A stretch of DNA of 15,446 bases from Candidatus Muiribacteriota bacterium (GTDB lineage: Bacteria; Muiribacteriota; Muiribacteriia; Muiribacteriales; Muiribacteriaceae): positions 1 through 15,446 of the forward strand of contig JBNJGP010000066.1 of the NCBI GenBank assembly GCA_051747805.1, given 5' to 3'. Of this stretch, positions 8,099 through 15,345 are shown in pieces (within the stretch, counting starts at the first letter, position 1; every line of letters begins with the position of its first letter). The position numbers and the translations under genes are program-made. A model generated the notes under the pieces. The model saw only the letters and a list, made by a program, of their open reading frames with translations, was not told the DNA's origin and ran no database searches.

Positions 8099-8716
8099 AT
8101 GAAAAAAATTGAAATCCCTCATATTTTATTAGAAAAAACTACTTCGACTAAAGAGGTGGCAAAAAAAATCGAAGTTGATTGTCCTTTTTTCGCTGTGGCA
8201 GCTCTTGAACAGACATGCGGCAGGGGTAGATTTGAGGATAGAAAGTGGTTTTCACCTCCAAAAATGGGAGTTTATCTCAGTTTGTTGTGCAGGCAGACAG
8301 ATTCTCTCTCTGTTAATGCGCTCAACTATATTACTAAATCAGGTGTGCTAAGTGTTTTAGATAGTTTTCTGAACATATGCGATTTAAAATCCAATATAGA
8401 AATAAAATATCCAAATGATTTATTAATTGAGAAAAAAAAGGTTGCGGGAGTGCTGGCGGACTCCAGAACAAAAGGGGAGAAAATTCAAAATATTATTTTC
8501 AGCACAGGTATTAATATTATAAAGCCTGAAAACATGAATATACCAGAAAACTCCGGGTTTTTAAATGAGTTTGTTTCAAAGAAATTGCTGTTTGACGATA
8601 TTTATATAGAGTTAATTAACAGTGTTATTAAAAACTTTATTTCTTATGTTAATAAAATGAAAAATAAAAACTTTGATAAAATAGATGAAAAAATAAATAA
8701 CTTTCTGTTATACTGA
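8099..8716 (+). CDS. birA: Biotin--[acetyl-CoA carboxylase] ligase, catalytic domain only (no HTH)
   Basis: Motifs QTCGRGR...W.SP, YLS, IKYPND, KKVAGVL and GIN. 205 aa. Confidence 0.88.
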   Translation: MKKIEIPHILLEKTTSTKEVAKKIEVDCPFFAVAALEQTCGRGRFEDRKWFSPPKMGVYLSLLCRQTDSLSVNALNYITKSGVLSVLDSFLNICDLKSNIEIKYPNDLLIEKKKVAGVLADSRTKGEKIQNIIFSTGINIIKPENMNIPENSGFLNEFVSKKLLFDDIYIELINSVIKNFISYVNKMKNKNFDKIDEKINNFLLY

Positions 8717-8775
8717 TTATAAATAGCATTATGTTTGTAAGAAATTATTTTTTATGCGGGGATTAAATTAATAAT

Positions 8776-10647
8776 ATGATTATAGTTGAAAAAGTTCTAA
8801 AATTTATCCTGGTTAATGATTATTATAACCATGATACTTTAGATATACTTCATTCAATTTATAAAAATCTTGATAAATATAATATTGCCAGAGATCTGGT
8901 ATTAAAACTTGAAAAATTCTTAATTACCAAAAAATTTATTAATATTAACAATGTAATTGAAAATAAAATGCATCAGAATCCAGATGAGCTCAAGGATATA
9001 TTAAAGCATGCGGTTGATGAAGAACTTAAAGTTGATATGGTAATTCTGGAAAAAATACTTCAGGAATATCTTACCGATAAAACTATTTTCAAATATTCAC
9101 TTGGGTTATTATGTAATCTTTCTGAAAAATATATTAAAACTGCCTTAAAATATGTCAAACAGGATCCGGATACTGCTTTATATGCACTTGCTTCTTCTCA
9201 GGAAAAACAGGCGGTGCCGATTATTCTTAAAAATTTATCAATGGTAAAGGATGATACTTTTAAGCTTTGTCTGAAAGCAATTATTACCCATAATCAGGAA
9301 GCCCAGATATTAAAAATTTTAAAAGGTGAGCTAAATATTCAAAAAAAGATTTTAATTTTAAATACATTGCAGACGCTTGATATTCCTTCTCTTAAGAAGG
9401 CAATGTTCTCACTTGCAAAAGAAAATGTTAAATACCACCCTCAGATTGCTGTTAACAGCTTGAAAAATGTAAGATATATTGAAACAGAAGAAGATATTAA
9501 CCAGATAATTGAACTTTATAATAATCTACCTCTTCTTTATAAAAAAATATTAAGCGATGTTTTTAAAAATTTAGACAGTCCTGAAAAAAAACTTGAAAAT
9601 TTTATTTGTAAAATTCTTTCTAAAAATCTGATAAAAAAAGCGAGTGATTTTTTAAAAGAAATCGGTCAGGATGATATAAAAAGTGGGATTGTAAAAGCCC
9701 TGCGTTCTGCCAATCCAATTGAAGAAATTAATCTGATTAACAGTTATATTGAAGATAATTTTGAGCAAATGGGTCCAAAGCTTCTTTTATTAAAATTTCT
9801 TATTAAACTTGAAGATAAAGATTTAAAGTTTTTAGCGGTTCAGCTTATTCTGGAAGGGGGATATTCTAAGCAGCTTCTGAATTTTCAGGTGGATGATAAT
9901 TTATTAAATATTTTTATTAATACGCTCACTCGTAAAAAATGTGGAGCCTGTACAGATTTTTTAGCTTATTATTGTATTGTAGATATTCCAGAAATGTTAT
10001 CTCAATCAGCTTTTAATTTCTTCATGAAGCTGAAGTTAAAAAATAATATTAGAGAAATAATTGAAGCCTGCATTGAAAATAAATATTTTAATCCTATTTT
10101 AATTAAAACAATTGGTCATATAAAGCTGGACAGGGGGCTTGAATATTTCGAGTTTATATCAGGCCATACAAATGATATTAATTGTATTAAAGAGGCCTTA
10201 TATACAGCAAGGTTTTATCAGGCCGGTCAGGTTTATGAAGCGGTTAAGGATTATTTGAACTCATCTAATCCAGAACTTGTTGCTACGGCTCTGGATAGTT
10301 TAATATATGTCCGTTATGATAAAATAAAAGAACAGCTTCCAGAATACCTGGAAAGTAATGATTTTAAGTTGAAAATTGAGGCTATTAAAGGACTTATGAA
10401 GTTTAATATGTCTTTTATGGAAAAAGTTGTAGATATGTTAAATAATTTTTCTGATAAGCAGTTAACTATGTTATTTAAAAATTTAAAAAACGTTTTTAAC
10501 CCTACTTTGCTTGAAATATTAATTTATAATTTTACTCAGCGTGAATACTCATCTGAAACAACGAAGTATTTTTTTGATTATATAAAAGATTATCCAAATA
10601 AAGATATGATTATTAATAAATTAAATTCTGTAATTAAAGCAATATAA
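8776..10647 (+). CDS. HEAT/ARM-like repeat protein, function unknown
   Basis: 623-aa Leu/Ile/Lys-rich ORF with HEAT-like units, e.g. VKDYLNSSNPELVATALDSL, LPEYLESNDFKLKIEAIKGL and LIKLEDKDLKFLAVQLI. Confidence 0.7.
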   Translation: MIIVEKVLKFILVNDYYNHDTLDILHSIYKNLDKYNIARDLVLKLEKFLITKKFININNVIENKMHQNPDELKDILKHAVDEELKVDMVILEKILQEYLTDKTIFKYSLGLLCNLSEKYIKTALKYVKQDPDTALYALASSQEKQAVPIILKNLSMVKDDTFKLCLKAIITHNQEAQILKILKGELNIQKKILILNTLQTLDIPSLKKAMFSLAKENVKYHPQIAVNSLKNVRYIETEEDINQIIELYNNLPLLYKKILSDVFKNLDSPEKKLENFICKILSKNLIKKASDFLKEIGQDDIKSGIVKALRSANPIEEINLINSYIEDNFEQMGPKLLLLKFLIKLEDKDLKFLAVQLILEGGYSKQLLNFQVDDNLLNIFINTLTRKKCGACTDFLAYYCIVDIPEMLSQSAFNFFMKLKLKNNIREIIEACIENKYFNPILIKTIGHIKLDRGLEYFEFISGHTNDINCIKEALYTARFYQAGQVYEAVKDYLNSSNPELVATALDSLIYVRYDKIKEQLPEYLESNDFKLKIEAIKGLMKFNMSFMEKVVDMLNNFSDKQLTMLFKNLKNVFNPTLLEILIYNFTQREYSSETTKYFFDYIKDYPNKDMIINKLNSVIKAI

Positions 10648-10667
10648 AAAGGCTAATACTTATAGTT

Positions 10668-10697
10668 TTGAGTTTAGCCAAATTTGCTAAACTCAAG
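10668..10697. repeat. Perfect 11-7-11 palindrome TTGAGTTTAGC-CAAATTT-GCTAAACTCAA, containing the right copy of the 18-bp inverted repeat
   Basis: Arms 10668-10678 and 10686-10696 are exact reverse complements. It lies in the gap between the HEAT gene stop (10647) and the GNAT start (10723). No U-tract follows. Confidence 0.85.
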
Positions 10698-10722
10698 GTA
10701 TAGTACATTTGGAGAATATTTA

Positions 10723-11922
10723 ATGCATAAAAATTTTAAACCAATAATTTTAACATACGGTGGGATTGATTATACTCTGAGAGAGGCTATTCCATCGGAT
10801 TGTCCTGAAATAATGGACCTCTATAAAACTCTTTACCGTGGGTACTATACTATAGATTTTTGTACAAATGCTCAGAAGTTTTTTGAAGCAGTTGAGGATA
10901 ATTCCGTTTTCTGGTTGATTCTTGAAAAAAATAATAAAGTTTTTTCGAGTGTATTCTGGAAAATAAATTTTGACTGTAATATTGCAAAAGTAATGGGGGC
11001 GGCTGTAAAAGCTGAAATCAGAGGATATTCAATTATGACTGATGTGGCCCGAATCGGAACTGACTTCTGCTTCTATAATATGGAAGATGTTGATTTAATA
11101 TATTCAACTACCAGGACTAATCAGGTAGCTCCTGCGAAAATTTTAAAAAAAATCGGCTATGAATGTATAGGAATTTTACCAAATGTTGTTAAGACAAAAC
11201 AGTTTGAAACACATTCGATTATGGTTAAATATCGTGACAGTGTTCTTGAAAACAGAAAAAAAGAACTTCAAATTTTAGAAGAAATTAAACCTTTTTTCAG
11301 GCTTGTAAAAGATACCTACTCATTTTCTGATAATCCTGAATTTATTAATCTTCCTGAAAAAAAACATCTGAAACTGCGTGAAATTCCATTTGAGGCTATT
11401 TATAATCCAATTAAAGCAAACAATCTTTTTCAGAAAAGAATAAAAGAATATGATTTTAACGACAGGTTTTTTCTGCAGCAGCCTAATCTTGTTTTATATA
11501 ATCCGGATTTGAATATTGAAGTTTTTATAAGATGGATTGATGAAGAAAAACAGGCTAATATTATTTGGCTTAATTATGAAAATCGTAACTGGTATAATAT
11601 TTTAAACAGTATTACTAACTTCTGTTACAATCTTAATATTAGGTATTTTGAGATTTTAATTGATGCCTGGGATACTAAAAAACAGAAGGCTGCTATTGAG
11701 GCTAAGTTCGTTCCTTCAGCATACTTTCCTGCAATATTTCACAATAAAAACTCTGTTATAAGAAGAGATGCTGTTGTTTTTGTCAGGTCGTTTGAAATTC
11801 TGGATTTCAGTGAAATTCATCCTGAGGGGAATGCTAAAGATTTTTTATTACAATTTTATAAAAGCTGGGAAAAAGTTTATATTGGCAATTTCTTTAAAAA
11901 CCTTGAAAAACAGGAAAAATAA
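10723..11922 (+). CDS. GNAT-family acyltransferase, probably two tandem GNAT folds
   Basis: N-terminal LREAIPSDCPEIMDLY (GNAT beta1-alpha1), AAVKAEIRGYSIM (motif A-like) and KILKKIGYECIG (motif B-like). A second, degenerate fold ends in KAAIEAKFVPSAYFP. Start moved from the track's TTG 10684, which lies inside the palindrome, to ATG 10723 (GGAG at 10711-10714). Confidence 0.75.
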   Translation: MHKNFKPIILTYGGIDYTLREAIPSDCPEIMDLYKTLYRGYYTIDFCTNAQKFFEAVEDNSVFWLILEKNNKVFSSVFWKINFDCNIAKVMGAAVKAEIRGYSIMTDVARIGTDFCFYNMEDVDLIYSTTRTNQVAPAKILKKIGYECIGILPNVVKTKQFETHSIMVKYRDSVLENRKKELQILEEIKPFFRLVKDTYSFSDNPEFINLPEKKHLKLREIPFEAIYNPIKANNLFQKRIKEYDFNDRFFLQQPNLVLYNPDLNIEVFIRWIDEEKQANIIWLNYENRNWYNILNSITNFCYNLNIRYFEILIDAWDTKKQKAAIEAKFVPSAYFPAIFHNKNSVIRRDAVVFVRSFEILDFSEIHPEGNAKDFLLQFYKSWEKVYIGNFFKNLEKQEK

Positions 11923-13496
11923 TGGAAATAAAAGATTTAAATTATATTAAACTCTATACTAAATATTCTATTTTAAATAATAATACAAAAAAACTTACTT
12001 TTTTAAAAGAACTTTCAAATTTAAAAATACCCCGTAAAAAACACGACGAGATGAATAAGTTCTATGATAAAATACTTGAATTAGAATCAGAAAACAAGCA
12101 GATTTTTAAAGTTGTTAAAAAGATAAAAGAAGATTTAAGTAAAGAGTATAATTTTTCAGATATAATGAAAGAGGTTAAAGGAAAAAATAAAGAACAGGAA
12201 GAAGATAATAAGGAAAAAAAAGAGGATAGAGAACCTTCTATCAGCTCATATGAAGTGGAGCAGGCTTATTCATTATTAAAATTAAATAGAGAGCTTGCAG
12301 AAGAGTTCAGAGAAAAAATAATAGACCCTTTTTTTGAAAATATTCCCTTTCTTAATTATTTACGTAGAGATTTCAGGGAGATGCTGAAAAATATAATTAA
12401 AATTAAACCTTACTGTGCTTTTATATCTACCAGAAATCCTGATGTAGTTTCTATTTATAATTTAAAAAGAAGTGTTGATTTATTAACCCTGAATGGTTTG
12501 TCTAAATTTAATTTAAAAAAAAGTATAGAGAATTATTATTATAATATATTAGTTGGAATAGAACCTGAGCATCTTTATATTTTAACAATTTTTTCAAAAG
12601 ATTCGTTTTTTATTATTGCAAGACCGCCAGGGCAGACCAAAACTTACAGGTATTTTAATATTTCATATGATTTTATTCAAGATTATTTTATGGCTGATGG
12701 AAAGTACTGTTTTAAACTGAAAAATGAAAAAATGGTTATTTTTCAATATATGCCACCGGAATTAAAGGAAAAAATAAAAAATTTGATTAAAAGATATAAC
12801 TTTATTAAAAAGCAGAAGGTTGATTATTTTAAACTTGAAGGAAAAAAATTAAACACCTTACATAAAAGTGGAATTTTAAATTCAGACGATTATGAAAATA
12901 AAATAATGCAACTGAAGGATTTACGTAAAAATATTTTTAATCCCCAAAACATTGACGCTTTAATAAAAAATACAAAAATTATAAAAGAGAAGGTTTCAGG
13001 ATTTCATCAGGAGCTTAAAAAAGAGTTTGGCAAAGATTTAGCAATTATGTATATTTATATATATTCTTTTTCTGAAAAAGTTGATAATCAAAGAATAATT
13101 TCTATGATTAAAACAAACACGAGTTTATTTGAAGGGAATCTGATTAAAAAAATCGGGGACGGCCTACTTTGTGTGTTTGAAAAAACAGACAAATTAATTC
13201 AATGCTCCCAATCCATATTTGAAGATTTAAAAAGCATGAATGAAAATTCAGGAGATGAGCATAAAATTAATTTAAAAATTGTAGCCTCTTATGGGAATGT
13301 TTTTGTTAATAACAAAGACATATTTGGTTCTGATATTAATTTGATTTGCAGAATTGAAAAAGAGGCCTCGGCTGGTGAATTTATTTGCACAGAATCTTTT
13401 TTACAGAATTTGTCAAATAAAACAGATTTTATTTTAATTTGTCAGAAAAAATTTGAAGGTTTCCGGGATAATTATAAAATATATAAAAAAGTTTGA
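11922..13496 (+). CDS. Multidomain protein with a C-terminal class III adenylate/guanylate cyclase-like domain (degenerate), preceded by PH-like and SHOCT-like segments
   Basis: IKKIGDG, KIVASYG, DIFGSDINLICR and GEFICTE match the class III cyclase pattern. The first metal-binding Asp position is Tyr (AIMYIYIYSF versus the consensus MFTDIVGF). TAATG overlap with the GNAT gene. Confidence 0.78.
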   Translation: MEIKDLNYIKLYTKYSILNNNTKKLTFLKELSNLKIPRKKHDEMNKFYDKILELESENKQIFKVVKKIKEDLSKEYNFSDIMKEVKGKNKEQEEDNKEKKEDREPSISSYEVEQAYSLLKLNRELAEEFREKIIDPFFENIPFLNYLRRDFREMLKNIIKIKPYCAFISTRNPDVVSIYNLKRSVDLLTLNGLSKFNLKKSIENYYYNILVGIEPEHLYILTIFSKDSFFIIARPPGQTKTYRYFNISYDFIQDYFMADGKYCFKLKNEKMVIFQYMPPELKEKIKNLIKRYNFIKKQKVDYFKLEGKKLNTLHKSGILNSDDYENKIMQLKDLRKNIFNPQNIDALIKNTKIIKEKVSGFHQELKKEFGKDLAIMYIYIYSFSEKVDNQRIISMIKTNTSLFEGNLIKKIGDGLLCVFEKTDKLIQCSQSIFEDLKSMNENSGDEHKINLKIVASYGNVFVNNKDIFGSDINLICRIEKEASAGEFICTESFLQNLSNKTDFILICQKKFEGFRDNYKIYKKV

Positions 13497-13522
13497 TTTT
13501 TTGGGTGAGCTTTTGATATAAT
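13493..13522 (+). promoter_or_regulatory. Sigma70/SigA-type promoter for rpmB
   Basis: TTGATT (13493-13498), an 18-nt spacer, then TATAAT (13517-13522) with an extended -10 TG at 13514-13515. RBS AAGGAGG at 13543-13549. Confidence 0.7.
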
Positions 13523-13556
13523 TAACGACATATTAATAATTTAAGGAGGCAGAATT

Positions 13557-13748
13557 ATGGCTTTAAGATGTGAAGTATGCGGAAAAGAACCTGTCACCGG
13601 GAATAATGTAAGTCACTCAAATCATAAGACAAAGAGAAGATTTCTGCCAAATATTCAGAAAATCAAAGCTGAAATAGATGGTAAACCTGTTAAAGTAAAA
13701 CTTTGTACCAGATGTTTGAGAACCTTAAAGAAAAAGGCAGCTTTTTAA
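13557..13748 (+). CDS. rpmB: 50S ribosomal protein bL28 (zinc-binding form)
   Basis: CEVCGK...[20 protein letters not shown]...CTRCLRT. 63 aa with a strong RBS. Confidence 0.98.
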   Translation: MALRCEVCGKEPVTGNNVSHSNHKTKRRFLPNIQKIKAEIDGKPVKVKLCTRCLRTLKKKAAF

Positions 13749-14395
13749 AATTTCCTGGGAATTATGACAAAACTATGTCCTTCCCGTATTTTCAGATAAA
13801 TGCGGGAAGAGGTAGTTCTATTTGAAAGGCCTCTTGAAGAGGCTTTTTTTATTTCAATATTATTAAGTGGCCATTTCAACCCAGAGCTTTTTTCAAAAGT
13901 ACATTTTTCTGATAAAGAGATTATTGAAATATCTGTATTCTTTTTTACCTCTATACTCATTTCATTAATGATAAAAAAACCTTTAAAAAATTCGTCAACA
14001 ATTTCTATATTAAAAAATTCCGAAAAATGACTGATTATGTTTAAATTTATAAGAAAATGGTCAACTCTTACATTTGAAAAGACACCAATTATTGTAAGCT
14101 CCGATATTTCAGAATAATTTTTTTTTAGTAAATCAAACATAAGATGACAGTCTGAAAAATCTTTATCAACAGGAAATTTATATATCTTTGTTTTGTCCTG
14201 AAAAAAGTCGAGAGTATCGGGCGATAGGGAATCAAAATCACCTGCGATAAAATTGGGGATTATATTGTGTATTTTAAAAAACTGAGCTCCGCCGTCTGCG
14301 GCAGAAAAAAAATCAAATTGTTTGAAAAAGTTTTGATTTACCTTTAATAAATTACCATTTAATACACAAAGTGCTTTTTTATTTCTGGATTTCAT
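13745..14395 (-). CDS. thiN: Thiamine diphosphokinase (thiamine pyrophosphokinase)
   Basis: Motifs AADGGA, GDFDS, DKDFSD, RVDH, GLKWPL and GLSN. Convergent 4-nt overlap with rpmB. thiN lying near and convergent to rpmB is also seen in Bacillus subtilis. Confidence 0.92.
   Translation of the reverse strand: MKSRNKKALCVLNGNLLKVNQNFFKQFDFFSAADGGAQFFKIHNIIPNFIAGDFDSLSPDTLDFFQDKTKIYKFPVDKDFSDCHLMFDLLKKNYSEISELTIIGVFSNVRVDHFLINLNIISHFSEFFNIEIVDEFFKGFFIINEMSIEVKKNTDISIISLSEKCTFEKSSGLKWPLNNIEIKKASSRGLSNRTTSSRIYLKIREGHSFVIIPRKF
13825..13850 (+). terminator. Intrinsic terminator for rpmB, embedded antisense in the thiN CDS
   Basis: AAAG-GCCTCT-TGA-AGAGGC-TTTTTTT: a GC-rich stem followed by 7 T, starting about 80 nt after the rpmB stop. 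Confidence 0.7.
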
Positions 14396-15338
14396 CTAAT
14401 TGTTTCTGACAAATTTCTTCAATATATTTTTGTTTTGAATTATTTAATGCTTTTTTAAGCATTTCTACTGATTCAGCTTTATTTTCGGTTTTAGCAATTT
14501 TTGCCTTGTTCAGCCAGGCTTCTGCAAAACCTGGATTTATTCTAAGAGCATTATCAAAAAACATATGGGCTTTTTCAGGATTTTTTAATCCAGCATAAAC
14601 TCGGCCAAGATAATTATTATAATCAGCATACCCAGGCTTTTCTTTTAATATTTTATTTAATATTTTTTCAACTTCATGAAGTTTATTAGCGTCTTGGCTG
14701 AGAATAGCAAGTTCAACTTTAGGTTCTATATAATCAGGGTGATAGGTTAGGGCCTTTTGATAATTATTGGCCGCTTTCTCAGGGTTATTTTTCAGTTTGA
14801 AAATATCCCCACGAAGCTTATATGCTTTGCTATATTTATTATTGATTCTTATTGCCTCATCGAGTTCTTTTAAGGCATCGTTAAAACAACCGTTGTTTGT
14901 ATATGCAAGTGCCAGCTGATAATGAGCGTCGGCATATGCAGGATTAACCTCAACAGCTTTTTGCCATTTGGAAATATGGTCGTCTTTTTTTGTTTTAAAA
15001 CGGTTCAGAGCGTTAATTTTATCATCGAATATCTCAAGAAAATAATCCATATGTATCAGGTTGAAAATTCTTTTTATATAAGCTGAAGGAGAGCACAGCT
15101 TCAGCTCGCCGTTTTTCTCCTTCAACTTTTTTAAACTTCCTGTAAAAAAACCAAGTCCGGTGGAATCAATAAAACCGAGATTTTCAAGATTAAAAATTAT
15201 TTTAACATAACCGCGGTCAACAGTTTCATCTACAGCATCATATGCCTTATGAATTGAATTCATATCAAGGTCGCCCGAAAAATTCAATATTGCAATGTCC
15301 TCATCAAAACCGTAGTCTATTTTTAATCCAACACTCAT
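14379..15338 (-). CDS. STAS (anti-sigma factor antagonist) domain fused to tetratricopeptide repeats
   Basis: The N-terminal ~113 aa carry SGDLD, FIDSTGLG and IKRIFNLIHMDYFL (RsbV/SpoIIAA-like). The C-terminus has TPR units (NPAYADAHYQLALAY, PGYADYNNYLGRVY, NPGFAEAWLNKA). RBS GGAGG on the - strand. Confidence 0.88.
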   Translation of the reverse strand: MSVGLKIDYGFDEDIAILNFSGDLDMNSIHKAYDAVDETVDRGYVKIIFNLENLGFIDSTGLGFFTGSLKKLKEKNGELKLCSPSAYIKRIFNLIHMDYFLEIFDDKINALNRFKTKKDDHISKWQKAVEVNPAYADAHYQLALAYTNNGCFNDALKELDEAIRINNKYSKAYKLRGDIFKLKNNPEKAANNYQKALTYHPDYIEPKVELAILSQDANKLHEVEKILNKILKEKPGYADYNNYLGRVYAGLKNPEKAHMFFDNALRINPGFAEAWLNKAKIAKTENKAESVEMLKKALNNSKQKYIEEICQKQLDEIQK

Positions 15339-15345
15339 AAATTAA

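Noticed and set aside
9940..9951. CGAC (CxxC) in the HEAT-like protein
   Set aside because: A single pair with no second CxxC and no thioredoxin or heme (CxxCH) context, insufficient for a metal or redox site call.
6358..13496. Visibly higher AT content than the buk/ptb cluster, suggesting a genomic island or defence locus
   Set aside because: Not quantified, and explainable by Lys/Ile/Asn/Phe-rich proteins. There is no integrase, tRNA, nuclease or known defence effector, and the cyclase lacks a catalytic Asp and has Lys/Asp purine-type residues, so a Pycsar/CBASS call is unsupported.
11768..14030. ORFs 11768-11950 (+) and 13800-14030 (+)
   Set aside because: The first is an alternate frame inside the GNAT/cyclase genes. 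The second is antisense to thiN and spans the predicted rpmB terminator.
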